DNA of 64,000 bases, from the NCBI RefSeq assembly GCF_006345805.1, contig NC_043022.1:18290001-18354000 (forward strand), read 5' to 3'. Positions 1 through 13,437 of this stretch are shown piece by piece. This stretch comes from Octopus sinensis (Eukaryota). The notes beneath the pieces were generated by a model that had not been told where the DNA came from, did not search any database, and was given only the letters and a program-made list of their open reading frames with translations. The translations under genes and the position numbers were made by a program. Numbering within the stretch: position 1 is the first letter of the stretch; every line of letters starts with the position of its first letter.

Positions 1-733
1 ATGCACAACACACAGATCTGTCATTCATATATTCATATAATATGCGCACACACATACACACACACACACATTTTTAGACACATCTGTATGTCTATACACA
101 CTGAAATCTGTATAAAAACGTGTACACACGCATTTACATACATAAATATGCACATGCACACACACACAGCACACACACACACACAACACACACACACCAC
201 ACATTCTAGGCACATCTGTATGTCTATACACCTGACTCTGTATAAAAACGTGTACACACGCATTTACATACATGAAATATGCACATGCACACACACACAC
301 ACACACACACATACACACACACACACACATTTCTAGGCACATCTGTATGTCTATACACACTGAAATCTGTATAAAAACGTGTACACACGCATTTACATAC
401 ATGAAATATGCACATGCACACACACACACACACACATTTCTAGGCACATCTGTATGTCTATACACACTGAAATCTGTATAAAAACGTGTACACACGCATT
501 TACATACATGAAATATGCACATCCACCCACACACACACACACTTTCTAGCACATCTGTATGTCTATACACACTGAAATCTGTATAAAAACGTTACACACG
601 CATTTACATACATGAAATATGCACATGCACACACACACACACACACATTTCTAGGCACATCTGTATGTCTATACACACTGAAATCTGTATAAAAACGTGT
701 ACACACGCATTTACATACATGAAATATGCACAT

Positions 734-765
<32 letters not shown>
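1..765. repeat. Tandem repeat: ~85-bp core plus variable (CA)n tract, ~6.5 copies
   Basis: Core TTCTAGGCACATCTGTATGTCTATACACACTGAAATCTGTATAAAAACGTGTACACACGCATTTACATAC recurs near 73, 205, 331, 438, 545, 649; period ~104-132 bp set by CA length. Confidence 0.95.
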
Positions 766-1019
766 CACTGAGTCCCAAAATACAATAGACACACATACAC
801 ACGTGTGTAAATATGTATACGCATACATATGCAGACATATAATGCACAAACCCTCACACACACACACACATATATATATATAGAACCATAAATACACATA
901 TACACACTCACATATATCTAAACACACGTAGAAACATGTTTAAATACAGATACACACATATGTATACACGTCTCATACATGGATTACTGCACATACATGT
1001 CATACAGATGAATAATCAC

Positions 1020-1700
1020 ACACATACATCATACACACACATGCTTAACCACACACATGCTTAACCACACACATACATCATACACACGCTTAACCACACA
1101 TACACATACATCATACACACACATGCTTAACCACACACACATCATACACACACTTAACCACATACACGCATGCATGCTTAACCACGCATACACGCACATA
1201 CACATCATACACACGCATGCTTAACCACGCATACACATGCTTAACCATATATATATACACACATACACACACATCATACACGCTTATCGACATACAAACA
1301 TATCATACGCACGCTTAACCACACACACATACACATCATACATGTTTAACTCCACATACACACACATACGCACACATGCATAACCACACATACACACTCT
1401 TAACCATGCATACACACACATACGCACACATACATACGCTTAACTACATCATACATACACATACACTGCAAACGCCAACAATGCGCAGAACACATCATTT
1501 ACATGCACGTGCACACACACACACATAAACACACCACAAACACGTTTAGATACAAATACACATACATGTACACACACACACACACACGCACGCACGCACA
1601 CACACACACACTCTCTCACACATCATACCACTCGTATATAGAACCAGCAACATGCAACTACACACACACACACACACACACACACATGCACACAGACAAC
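1020..1700. repeat. CA-rich degenerate minisatellite
   Basis: CTTAACCAC and CATCATACAC subunits repeated among (CA)n. Confidence 0.85.
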
Positions 1701-2632
1701 ATCAACAGACAGGAGAGTCAGAGAGACACACAGACATATATATTCCGCCGCCACCACCACCACCACCCCCAACGCCGCCACCACCCACCTCATCCCCCAG
1801 CCCCTCCACCCCCACCCACCCACCACTCTCTGTATCCAGTCATCTCACATGTTGTTAACTTCACAAACAAAACCTCTATTACATAACCATCTGCTTCGAG
1901 AAGGACTATTTTCTTCATAATATATGGATTATTATTCATATTATTGCATTTACACCACCACCACCACAACCACTACCACCACCACCACCTTCAATACCTG
2001 CAGCAGAAACGGCGGCGCCACCACTTGCTCCTTCGTATGCCATTAATTGATGTTGTTGTAGTTGTTGTTGTCGTTGTTGTTGTTTGGTTTAGCTGCCGCA
2101 GTTAAATGGAATCTCGTCTTTTTGATCCGTCTCAAAATGCTTTGCCGTGTTTTCCATTTCAAACCTTCCGTGGTGGTGGTGGTGGTGGTGGTGATGATGA
2201 GGGGGGTTGCTTGTAGTAGTTGGGAGGAGAGTGGTCGTGGTGATGATGGGGGGGGGGGTTTGTAGTAGTTGGGAGGAGAGAGTGGTGTGGTGGTAAGTGG
2301 GTGAAGTGGTTAGATGATGGTGGCGGGTGAGCGGATCGAAGGAATCGAAGAACAAGTGTGGGGTGGAGGAGATATGGTGAGTGTTGTGTGTGGGGGGCAG
2401 GGAGTTGGGTAGTAGTGGTGGTGGTGGTAGTGGAGGATTGGTGTTAATTCTTCCTATACATCGATGAAGGCATCTGCCTAGCAGTAAGTCTGCATGTATG
2501 CAAAAATACACACATATATATATATATATATATACACATTAATATTCATACATATATACATACATCTATATTTATGTGCATATATATATGCATTTATAAA
2601 CATACACACATATATATGCCTATGTATGTGTG

Positions 2633-2663
<31 letters not shown>

Positions 2664-3243
2664 TATACATATATTTGAAGATTTTCTTAAATTATGAATT
2701 ATTAATCATATAGAAATCTTTGAAAAAACAGAATAACATGAACCTTTTGGAGGGAATTTTTGTATTGTGTCAAGAGCTTTCTCTGTTTACAGGTCTTCAA
2801 ACACACGTGTTATGGTGAATCTGTATGGAGGAAGTTGCTTTTAGTAGTGGTGTTGAACATTTCCGACTTGGTTTACGATTTAGAAATCTTTTAGATTGTT
2901 TTTTTTTGCCTTTTACAGTTAATCATTTTCTTGTTTTATTTTGTAAAAAGAAAATATTGTGATTTTTTCCATTTGCACAAACTTCTAAATATTCATTACA
3001 TGGAACATCTCCAAGAGTTGAAACACACAGTCGCGATGTAAAAATTTTTAACCACCCAGCCATATCTAACCGTCTCCTTTTCACCCTCTCTCACATATAT
3101 CATCATCATCATTTAATGTTGCTACTGCTGCTGATGATATGTATGTATGTGTATATATATACATATATATATATACACACGGGTTACGGCAGAAGTAATG
3201 CCCTTTTCGCATTTAATGAGATTTATAGTATATAAATGTTTGT

Positions 3244-3583
3244 TACTCTCTTAATTGTTTCAGTCATTTGACTGTGGCCATGCTGGAGCACTGCCCTTAG
3301 TCAAGCTAATCGACCCCAGGACTTATTCTATCGGTCTCTTTTGCCGAACTGCTATGTTACGGGCACATAAACACACCACCATTGGTTGTCAATCGATGTT
3401 GGGGAGACAAACACATACATATATACGACAGGCTTCTTTTCAGTTTCCGTCTACCAAATCGACTCACAAGGCTTCGGTCAGCCCGAGGCTATAGTAGAAG
3501 ACACTTGCCCAAGGTGCCATGCAGTGGGACTGAACCCAAAACCATGTGGTTGGTAAGCAAGCTACTTACCACACAGCCACTCC
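3244..3583 (-). mobile_element. SINE family A (tRNA-derived head, CORE-like segment, internal microsatellite)
   Basis: Reverse complement begins GGAGTGGCTGTGTGGTAAG (A-box-like), GGGTTCAGTCCC (B-box-like), CACCTTGGGCAAGTG; ends CAGTCAAATGACTGAAACAA. Confidence 0.9.
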
Positions 3584-4035
3584 CCCCTCTCTCTTTCTGT
3601 TTTTTTCTGGCATGGAGGTGCTGTGTTTAGCAATCGGTTGGTTGGTTATCAGCTGTTATGTCCTCCCCCTCCTCTTCACCATCATCATTTAACATCTATT
3701 TTCCATACTGGTACAGGTTTGATGGTTTGACAAGTGCTGACAAGTCATTGGACTGCAACAGGCTCTAGTCATTTGTTTTGACACGGTTTCTATGGTTGGA
3801 TGCCCCTCCTAACACCAAACACTTTACAGAGTGTACTGAGTGTTTTGTACATGGCATCAGCAAAAGCACTTTTTAATCTAGTGCCATATATATATATATA
3901 CACACACACTCAATTAATAATATATCAGGGTAATAAAGATTTTAGAAATGTTTACTACCAGTGGCCTAGCATGTAGAAAAATTAGTCAATAGACTATATA
4001 TTATTCATATAAATACAGTGTACATTTAAACACAT

Positions 4036-4067
<32 letters not shown>

Positions 4068-4863
4068 AATCAGAGTTGGGGATTCCTAAGTTTTGGCCAA
4101 AATTTCTCACCTATATTGAAGTTTGAGAAGGTTACGGCTTAAGTCTCTAAGAAACTATAAACAACCAAAACTATCTAGCTCTTAAGACAAAACCAAAAAT
4201 TCAACATTTGAAGAATTCTTGTTTCTCAGATGAAGCCATTCAAGTTTGTAGTCTCTTGTATTTTATTCCAGACATTAAAAGTGGTTCCTTTCATATATAC
4301 TGAGTCTGGCAAAAGAAAAGAAATATACACTGTTGAGAGAAAGATAAACATGTAAAAATTTTGGATACTAAATTTATTCAAATGTCACAGGATTAATGCA
4401 AATAACCTTTGACCTTTTTTTTTTGCTTCTTTTTTGATCAACATAGTTGGCTTCTTTAGTGCTCTTGCTGTATACAACACACACACACACACACACACAC
4501 ACAGTGCATGATAGTTTTATTATGTGTGACAATTTTATTGTTCAGATTTTGGGTCTTATTGCTAATCAGAGTAAACTCGCACCATTGCAGAATCACACGA
4601 GGGATATAACGTAATATAAATAGCACATCAGTAAGGGTTTACTTTTATTTAATGTTACATATGTTTCGGTATTTGGTAACAGCATGATGTCACACAATAA
4701 GTGCAATCCTCAACTGCATCTCATAAATGCAACATGCATCATCAAATTGAATGCTTTGCCAGACAGATACATGAGAAATACAAGTCCTTGTTCTTTTCTA
4801 CACACACACACACAACATATAAATGTGTACATGTGGGGAAATGTATATATTATATAAGTACAC

Positions 4864-4895
<32 letters not shown>

Positions 4896-5659
4896 ATACA
4901 TGGACTGGTGTATAAATGTATATAAGTAGTGGGTGGATATATATATATTATATATATAGAAGACAGACATACATAAGGAATTCTGAAACTAATTTTTCAT
5001 TTTTGATAATTGCTTTTCCAGTTCTCTCTGACTTTTTATTGCTACTGTTGTTGTTGATGATGCTATAGTTGTTCCCCTCTCCTTCCATGACAACCACTGC
5101 CACACACTTCACCCGCACCACCACACCATCCATACAAGCCCCCATCTAAGCTATTGATTTTTGCGTCTATTGATTGGTTTTATACTGTATATATTTTCTG
5201 TGTGTGTATGTGTCTAATGTTGGTGCCCTGGTGTGTATGTGTGTGTGTGTGTGTGTGTGCATGAGAGATGATGTTTTTTTTTGTATATACATATCTGTGT
5301 GTATATATTGGCATTAGTGCTGATTAGTGTTGGTACCCTTGTATGTGTGTATATACTGTCTGTGTGTGTGTATGTATATATATATCATCATCATCATCAT
5401 CATGTATATATGTGTGTGTGTGTGTGTATGCATGCATGATTGTATGTATATATACATGTGTGTATGTATGTATGTACGTGTTTGTATATATGTGTGTTTG
5501 TGTTGTGTGTATATCTATGCACATATATTTCTCTGTGTGTCCATGCTTGTGAATGTGTGTGTCAGAGTTGGTGCCATTGTGTGTGTATATATGTGTGTGT
5601 GTGTGTGCCTGTATCGATCTATAAGACACATTGGTATGTGTGTGTATATATATGTGAAC

Positions 5660-5690
<31 letters not shown>

Positions 5691-5951
5691 TATATAGCCC
5701 TGTGTGTAGGTGTGTGCATGTATGTGTATTTGTATGTCTGTCTGTGTGTCTGTGTATTGATTGGATTGCTAAATGTCTATAGTTCCTGTTCCTCACATTA
5801 GTGCTCCCACCACCCCTCCTTCACTTCTTGCTATTCATATCTTTGTTTTTTTGGTTTTTTTTTACTTATTTTGGTAATTATTGTTTTTATATTTCTGAGA
5901 GTATGGTACATTTTAGTTCCCCCCCTACTCCTCCCCTCCCCCTTTTCCCTT

Positions 5952-6012
<61 letters not shown>

Positions 6013-6327
6013 CATTATTATTATTATTATTTGTATGTTTCTGATTGATAAAGATGCTGTTTGTATCAAACCAACAAACCTGACTAACGAACTTATATAT
6101 CTCGGCTGAACAACCAGCCGACAGACAGATGATGGACACTGACCAATTACTGACCGACCGACCGACCGATCGACTGACCACAGTCAACAAGGGTGGCCTC
6201 TACAAGGTAGCTTGTCCCGATGTAAGCCACAAGCAAATACCTCTCCCTCGAATCACATAAGTTAAGCACCTCGGTTAAATGATGCCACTGCTGCAGCTGC
6301 TGCTGCTGTGGCTGCTGCTGCTACTAT

Positions 6328-6358
<31 letters not shown>

Positions 6359-6447
6359 GCTGCTGTCTGCTAGGAATAGCAACAAAGTCTCCTCCTCTCA
6401 AGTCATAAGCTCCGGTGTCATAATTGGAAAGAAAGAATAAATGTAGC

Positions 6448-6857
6448 AGGAGTGGCTGTGTGGTAAGTAGTTTGCTTACCAACCACATGGTTCCGGGTTC
6501 AGTCCCACTGCTTGGCATCTTGGGCAAGTGTCTTCTGCTATAGCCCCGGGCCGACCAATGCCTTGTGAGTGGATTTGGTAGACGGAAACTGAAAGAAGCC
6601 TGTCGTTTATATGTATGTATATATATATATAAGTGTGTGTGTGTATATGTTTGTGTGTCTGTGTTTGTCCCCCTAGCATTGCTTGACAACTGATGCTGGT
6701 GTGTTTACGTCCCTGTCACTTAGCGGTTCGGCAAAAGAGACCGATAGAATAAGTACTGGGCTTATAAAGAATAAGTCCCAGGGTCGATTTGCTCGACTAA
6801 AGGCGGTGCTCCAGCATGGCCACAGTCAAATGACTGAAACAAGTAAAAGAGTAAGAG
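6448..6857 (+). mobile_element. SINE family A, full length
   Basis: GGAGTGGCTGTGTGGTAAG...GGTTCAGTCCC...TTGGGCAAGTG...(TA)n(TG)n...CAGCATGGCCACAGTCAAATGACTGAAACAAGTAAAAGAG. Confidence 0.93.
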
Positions 6858-7273
6858 TAGCAAAAGGATGCCTTGAATCAATAATGCAATCTTAGATTCA
6901 CTGATATTTGGATGTCGGACAGGATGGTCGTGGTTGGAGAGTCAATTGTTAATCATAGATTCATACGTCTACAAGATCAGGACTGATCAGCCCATGTTGG
7001 ATCTACCACCACCACCACCACCACCACCACCACCATTACTACTATTACTGCTGGTACTACTACTACTACTGCCACTACTACTACTGCCTGATGAGCTAAA
7101 AATAACAGCTAAATTTTCCTCAAATCAATACATCCTGATACAATCAAAGTGGTGAACTGATGGAACTGTTGGACTGGTTGACAAACTGCTTTTCAAATAT
7201 TCGTTGTGGCTGTTTATGTATTGAGTTCAAATCTCAGCAAAGACACACACACATACACAAACACTCACAACTA

Positions 7274-7799
7274 TCAGGTCATCCCATATGTTCTGTCCGA
7301 ATTTTGAATAAAGAAAACAAGTGATCAGATGTTATATTTAATTGAAATTTAATCATCAATGTACTTTCCCTGATTATCTATGACTCCCTTCCATCTATTT
7401 ACAAGCTTTTTAATCCCGTCAATGTAAAACTCTTATGGTTTCAAAGCGAAGAACTCTGAAATGTCAGTTTCGACCTCCTCCTGGTTGCGAAAGTTATGTT
7501 CCCCAAATGATTCTGTAAACTACAAAACAAATGGTAGTTTGAAGGAGCAAGGTCGGGAGAAAAAGGTGGGTGAGGAATTTTTTCCTAACCAAGCTCTTCG
7601 ATCTTCTGTGATGTGATCTTTGCAGTGTGGGGGTCACGCATTGTCCTGATGAAACCTCACTCCTTTTTGATTCACTAAAGCGGGTCTTTTTTTCTTGAAA
7701 GCTTGGTTCAAATGCTCTAATTGCCGACAGTAGACTTGAGCATTGATTGTCGCATTAGGTGGTAACAATTCAAAGTGAATTACTCCTTTGCAATCCCAT
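7274..7799 (-). mobile_element. Mariner transposon remnant: degenerate 3' half of a DD34D transposase plus one TIR
   Basis: Minus strand reads WDCKGVIHFELLPPNATINAQVYCRQLEHLNQAFKKKRPALVNQKGVRFHQDNA*P, then after a frameshift PHPPFSPDLAPSNYHLFCSLQNHL; TA-flanked end TCAGGTCATCCCATATGTTCTGTCCGAA at 7274. Confidence 0.92.
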
Positions 7800-8189
7800 T
7801 TTGCAAAAATTGCCTAGCATTATTTGCATTGCCTCTTCATTTTTGAGTTCAAATTCTTCCAGAGTCAACTTTGCTTTGCATATATCCCTACTTTACACGT
7901 TGGTGGATAGCAGCCGTCCGTAACACAGAGTACTTCTCAGATCTGTCTGCTTCTGCAAATAGTCCAATGCTTCAATGTTTGGCTCTATGTATCTTGATAT
8001 GCACGATAAATCTCTTTTAGCCTAATAATGATATTTAAAGTACAAGATATTTATAATACATCAATACAGTGAACTCCATAATACTTTATGGCCTTGTTCA
8101 TCAAGTTCTTTGTAAATCCTTTACAGATGAAATAGTTCTTGTTATCTCATGAAATTATATTTCAGAATTAATTTTTATCATACTCGTTG

Positions 8190-8890
8190 CATTAAGTTCA
8201 CCTTAAATTGTTTCACTGCCAAGTTTTTTGTAAACGTAGTTTCTTTCTTTGAGACCGTTTACAATTCAAACTGATTGCGACAGACTAAAGCATTCTACTT
8301 AGTTCTTCTATTGCTTCCTGTATATCCTTATCTTCCTGCCTTTTACTTGCTTCAGTCATTAGGCTGTGGCCATGCTGTAGCACTGTCTTGAAGAATTTTT
8401 TAGTTGCATGAATCGACCCCAGTACATTTTTCTTGTTTTTTTTTTTAAAGGCTGATCTATTGTTTTTGCCAATCTGCTAAGTTAAGTGGACATAAACACA
8501 CTAACATCAGGTGTCAAGTGGTGGCAGGGGACAAACAAACACACACACACACAAAGGGCTTCTTTTGGTTTCCATCTACCAAATCCACTCACAAGGCTCT
8601 GGTCAGCTTGAGCCTATAGTAGAAGACACTTGCCCGAGTTGCCATGCTGTGAGACTGAACCCATAACCGTCTAGTTGGGAAGCAGAAGTTCACCTCAAAT
8701 TGTTTCACAGCCAAGTTTTTTTTAAATGAATTTCTTTCTGTGAAACCATTTTTCAATTCAAACCGACTGTGACCAAGTAGGATTTTTCACTTTGTTTCCT
8801 TACTTCCTGTATATCGTGTGGACCATTTTTCATCTGACTTTGTTCCTGTGTTGACTCTTCCATCAGCCCATAAGCATTCAGATAATTCTG
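8190..8890. mobile_element. Two diverged paralogous segments (8190-8335, 8690-8815), probably decayed LINE sequence, flanking a degenerate minus-strand SINE A (8340-8680)
   Basis: Shared CACCT(T/C)AAATTGTTTCAC(T/A)GCCAAGTTTTTT...CAATTCAAAC...CTTCCTGTATATC; one minus frame EDKDIQEAIEELSRML*SVAISLNCK loosely resembles LINE RT after the YADD motif. Confidence 0.4.
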
Positions 8891-8904
8891 TTAAATGTTA
8901 AAGT

Positions 8905-9138
8905 TCATAAAAAGCACCATCCGTTCGTGGCCGTTTGCCAGCTCTGTCTGGCACCTGTGCGGGTGGCACGTAAAAAGCACCCACTACACTCACGGAGTGG
9001 TTGGCGTTAGGAAGGGCATCCAGCCGTAGAAACACTGCCAGATTTGACTGGGCCTGATGAAGCCTTCTGGCTTCACAGACCCCAGTAGAACCGTCCAACC
9101 CATGCTAGCATGGAAAACGGACGCTAAACGATGATGAT
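8905..9138 (+). mobile_element. RTE-clade LINE 3' end (5'-truncated) with (GAT)n tail
   Basis: GGTTGGCGTTAGGAAGGGCATCCAGCCGTAG motif, palindrome CCATGCTAGCATGG, AAACGATGATGATG tail; related copies near 3680(-), 14360(-), 21470, 22340, 33725, 37108(-), 39525(-), 40160, 52290(-), 60305, 60525. Confidence 0.85.
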
Positions 9139-9757
9139 GTTGTTTTGAATTAATCTTGCATTACCTTGTAGCTTCAAGATTTCGATGACATGATAGTTTA
9201 TTTTAGAATGATCCTGTAGGGCAGATATAAAGGAACAAATTTGGCCACTTTGAACATAAAGTGGAATATTTTGGCCGGATATGGCCAGATTAAACGCTAA
9301 ATTGCAAAAGGTTACAGTATATTTTTAAACCTTGTTTGTTTCAACAGGAAATATGTGTTGGGGCTGGCGCGTTAATACCTGCCTTTACGTGTTTAATATG
9401 TATAACGTAGCTTCTATTTAAGTAATCTAATTAAAGTATGACATATTTATTACGTCAGTTGCCGTGTATTAGATTATAATTTCTATCTACACCATTCAGA
9501 TTTTATTTTTATATATATAAATACTTTACTAACCTAAAATATTTTGTCTTATCTTCTGAAATTTTACTTCATTAAGTTAGCAGTTTATTACACACACACA
9601 CTCACACACACATATATGCACACACATACTCAAAGTAAACAGGTGAGTTTGTTTACATAATGTGTAAATCCCTTGCAGTGCATCCATGCCGTTATGGAAA
9701 AGTAGACATAGAGAAAATGATGTTGATTATGATAAATCTATGCACAGCCTTCTTAAG

Positions 9758-10111
9758 ATGGTTGCTTCCTAACCACATGGTTCTGGGTTCAGTCCCACTG
9801 CATGGCACCTTGGGCAAGTGTTTTCTACTTTAGCTTTGAGCCGACCAAAGCCTTATGAATATATTTGGTAGATGGAAACCGTAAGAGGCCTGTCAGGTGT
9901 ATATATATGTGTGTGTGTATTTTTGTGTCTGTGTTTGTCCTCCCATCATCACTTGACAACCGATGTCGGTGTGTTTACATTCCTGTAACTTAAGAGTTCA
10001 GCAAAAAGACTAATAGAATTGAAAAGTAGACTTGGGGTTGATTTGTTTGACTAAAACTCTTTAGGTAGTGCTCCAGCTTAGCCGCAGTCAAATGACTGAA
10101 ACAAGTAAAAG

Positions 10112-10112
<1 letters not shown>
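9758..10112 (+). mobile_element. SINE family A, diverged
   Basis: CCACATGGTTCTGGGTTCAGTCCCACTGCATGGCACCTTGGGCAAGTG...CAGTCAAATGACTGAAACAAGTAAAAG. Confidence 0.88.
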
Positions 10113-10151
<39 letters not shown>

Positions 10152-10232
10152 GGAGAGTTTATGAAAAAGACAAAGACAGGTGGTGTACAAAACAAACAGA
10201 GGTATTAGTATAACGCTCAGGAATAGAAAAAG

Positions 10233-10270
10233 CCTTTTACGTTTCGAGCCTATGCTCTTCTACAGAAAGG
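10233..10270 (-). ncRNA. Minimal hammerhead-like motif (Penelope type) with U at core position 6
   Basis: CCUUU CUGUAGA A GAGC AUAG GCUC GAAAC GUA AAAGG: 5-bp stem I, 4-bp stem II, loop-less stem III; inside a ~190-bp element (10143-10330) next to (TA)n. Confidence 0.7.
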
Positions 10271-10449
10271 GACACAGAAAAAACAAGGCGAGAGAAAAAT
10301 GTGTGTAGTGGCTAACGATCTATCATGGCGTAGTTCTCAGGGAGATTCAGTGTTACACAGAGTGTGACAAGGTTGGCTCTTTGAAATGCAAGTAAAACTC
10401 ATTTTTGCCAGCTGAGTAGACTGGAGCAACGTGAAATATATATTTATAT

Positions 10450-10661
10450 ACTCTTACTCTTTTACTTGTTTCAGTCATTTGACTGTGGTCATGCTGGAGC
10501 ACCGCCTTTAATCGAGCAAATCGACCCCGGGACTTATTCTTTGTAAGCCCAGTACTTATTCTATTGGTCTCTCTTGCCGAACTGCTATGTTACGGAGACA
10601 TAAACACTCCAGCATCGGTTGTCAAGCAATGCTAGGGGAACAAACACAAACGCACTCACAA

Positions 10662-10694
<33 letters not shown>

Positions 10695-10863
10695 CATACA
10701 TATATACGACGGGCTTCTTTCAGTTTCCGTCTACCAAATCCACTCACAAGGCTTTGGTTGGCCCGAGGCTATAGAGGAAGACACTTGCCCAAGATGCCAC
10801 GCAGTGGGACTGAACCCGGAGCCATGTGGTTGGTTAGCAAGCTACTTACCACACAGCCACTCC
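10450..10863 (-). mobile_element. SINE family A, full length
   Basis: Reverse complement of the 6448-6857 family sequence. Confidence 0.93.
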
Positions 10864-12192
10864 TGCACCATGTTTGTGCGTGTGTGTTTTACTTCATATG
10901 TATATATGTATGTCTGAATGTATAACTGTGTGTGTGTATATATCTGACACGTGTCTCTATATGTATGTTTGTGTGCTTGTGTGTGTCAGCTGCGAAATGA
11001 TTCTGTGTGTATGTGTGTGTGTGTTTAATTTCATGTGTGTATGTGTGTGTGTGTTTAATTTCATGTGTGTTTTATGTATGTCTGAATGTGTAACTCTGTG
11101 TGTGTATGTGTGTGTGTGTGTATATAACTAACACATGTTCTCTGTTTCTCTCTCTGTATATGTATGTGTTGTGTGTGTGTGTGTGTGTGTGCGCGCATCA
11201 GCTGCAAAATGATTCTTTGTGTGTGTGTGTGTGTATATAATTAAATATATATGTGAATGCAACTGTGTGTGTACATGTGTAAGTCTGTGTGCACACGTGT
11301 GTATATGTTTGTGTGTATGTTTATGCATGCGTGTGTGTGTGTGTGTGTGTGTGTGTTTAACTCCATAATTTTTGGATTAGGTCTTCCAGTCCATTTAACC
11401 CGAGTCAATGCATTAGTTAGGTCTGGCAGATTAGGCCTGAAGGCAGAGGAGGACTGGTATGGCGGCATGTGATGGCGGCAGCGGCGGTGGTGGTAGGAGG
11501 GGGTGATGGTGGTGGGTTGTGGTTGTTGTTTGTGGCATGTTGTGTAGTTGCTAGTAGAGATGGTAGTGAGGGTGTTGGCGGCGCGGTTAGTAATAGTAGG
11601 GGTTGCGTTGCGAGTGAAGGTGATTGTGTTATTGTTGATGGAGGCGGAGATGGTGGTGGATGGAGTGCGGTAATTTTGACATGTGGTGGCGGCGGTGGTG
11701 GCGCCAGTGGTAATAGTGGTTCGCGATTGTAATGGTGGTAGTGGTTGGCGGTAGTGGAAGTGGTATGTGGCCACTCTTCCCCCCCGCCGTAGATGTATGG
11801 TTATGTTGTAGCGGTGGTAGTTGTTGGTGGTGATGGCGGTGCCGGTGGTAGTTGATGACACCTGGTCATGTGTATTTTATGTTTTATGGTGGAGCGGGGC
11901 AACAGTGGGGTGGGGAGCTGGCAGGATCATTAGCATGCCAGGTAAAAATGCTTAGCAGCATTTCATCTGACTTTACGTTCTGAGTTCAAACCCTGCCTAG
12001 GTCGATTTTGCCTCTCTTTCTTTTTGGGGGTCAATAAAACAAGTACCAGTTGAATACTGGGGATCAATATAATCAACTTACACACTCATATGTATGTTTG
12101 TGTGTCTGTGTTTGACCACCAATGCTGGAGTGTTTACGTCCCCGTAACTTAGCGGTTCAGCGAAAGAGACCGAACGAATAAGTCCTTGTGTC

Positions 12193-12292
12193 NNNNNNNN
12201 NNNNNNNNNNNNNNNNNNNNNNNNNNNNNNNNNNNNNNNNNNNNNNNNNNNNNNNNNNNNNNNNNNNNNNNNNNNNNNNNNNNNNNNNNNNN
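12193..12292. other. Assembly gap (100 N)
   Basis: Run of N; a SINE A tail ends at the left edge and a SINE B head fragment begins at the right edge. Confidence 1.
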
Positions 12293-12446
12293 AGCCATTT
12301 CGCCCGGCGTGCTAACGCTTCTGCCAGCTCGCAGCCTTCTCCAATTTATACCATCCTTTCATCACTCATCTCATTAATGTTTTTTTTGTCCAGCCCGCAA
12401 GCTACTCCCTCTGTATACGGCCTTCATGACCAGTGAAATGAAATGA

Positions 12447-12581
12447 AGTAGCTTGTTTACCAACCATATGGTTCCGGGTTCAGTCCCAATGCGTGGCACC
12501 TTGGGCATCTACTATAGCCTTGGGCCAACCAACTCCTTGTGAGTGGATTTAGTAGACGGAAACTGAAAGAAAACCATTGTG

Positions 12582-12616
<35 letters not shown>

Positions 12617-12805
12617 TTGTCCTCGCACCATCACTTGACAACTGATGTCAGTATGTTCATGTCCCCGTAATTTAGCGGTTCAGCAAAAGAGATCGATAGA
12701 ATAAGTACTAGGCTTACAAAGAATAAGTCCTGGGGTCGATTTGCTCGACTAAAAGGCGGTGCTCGAGCATGGCCACAGTCAAATGACTGACACCAGTAAA
12801 AGAAT
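12447..12805 (+). mobile_element. SINE family A (other partial or diverged copies near 12850-, 15095-, 26740-, 27568, 33540, 33980, 36610-, 46485-, 46790-, 50410, 51820, 54835-, 60119, 60735, 63455)
   Basis: Same head, CORE-like and tail segments as 6448-6857. Confidence 0.88.
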
Positions 12806-13087
12806 GAAAGAAAATACACACACACACATGCACACACATGAATACACTCAATGGGCTTCTTTCTGTTTCCGTCTATGAAATCCACTCAGAAAGCTTTGGT
12901 TGTCCAAGGGTTGTAGTTGAGGAGATTTGTGTGAGACGCTCACACAAAGGGGTTGAAATATATATATATATATATCACAGGCACTAAATGATAATGAATT
13001 ACACACACACACACACACACACACCATCATTATTCTCTGTATTCTGTGTTACAATGGATTGAATTGTTTGACATGTTTGAGGCTTAC

Positions 13088-13176
13088 TGTTTTGGCATGA
13101 TATCTGTGACCTGATGTCCTCCCTGCTGCCATGTGACACTGACATTACTAAGGTCACTCTGAAGTACAGAGTGGGA
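13088..13176 (-). CDS. Candidate 89-nt internal exon, product unknown
   Basis: Acceptor ctctctactgcag, donor ACA|gtaagc; two open frames (SHSVLQSDLSNVSVTWQQGGHQVTDIMPK or PTLYFRVTLVMSVSHGSREDIRSQISCQN). Confidence 0.35.
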
Positions 13177-13217
13177 CTGCAGTAGAGAGCTTTAGGCTGA
13201 GGGGTTGAAGGGTTTAA

Positions 13218-13437
13218 CCCTTTAGTGTTCAGATTATTCTGTCGAATGTGAAGCTTATTTATTCACATTGATATGAATTAGTCATGCATTATCTTGTAGT
13301 TTATAGCTATCAGTGATGTGATTTTTTAGTTTTAGAATGACATGGTAGGGCTCAGGTGAGAGGCGAGATCTGGTCAGTTTCAATATAATACAGGTTAAAT
13401 ATTTTGGCCGGATATGGCCAGTTTGAATGCTGAAGGG
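13218..13437. mobile_element. piggyBac-type MITE (220 bp)
   Basis: TTAA on both sides (13214-17, 13438-41); ends CCCTTTAGTGTTC / GAATGCTGAAGGG; partial copies near 9140-9310 and 27280-27450 (reverse). Confidence 0.8.

Noticed and set aside
7088-7125. CTGATGAG as a hammerhead core (also 9054, 62758)
   Set aside because: No GAAA after stem II and no stem I/III pairing
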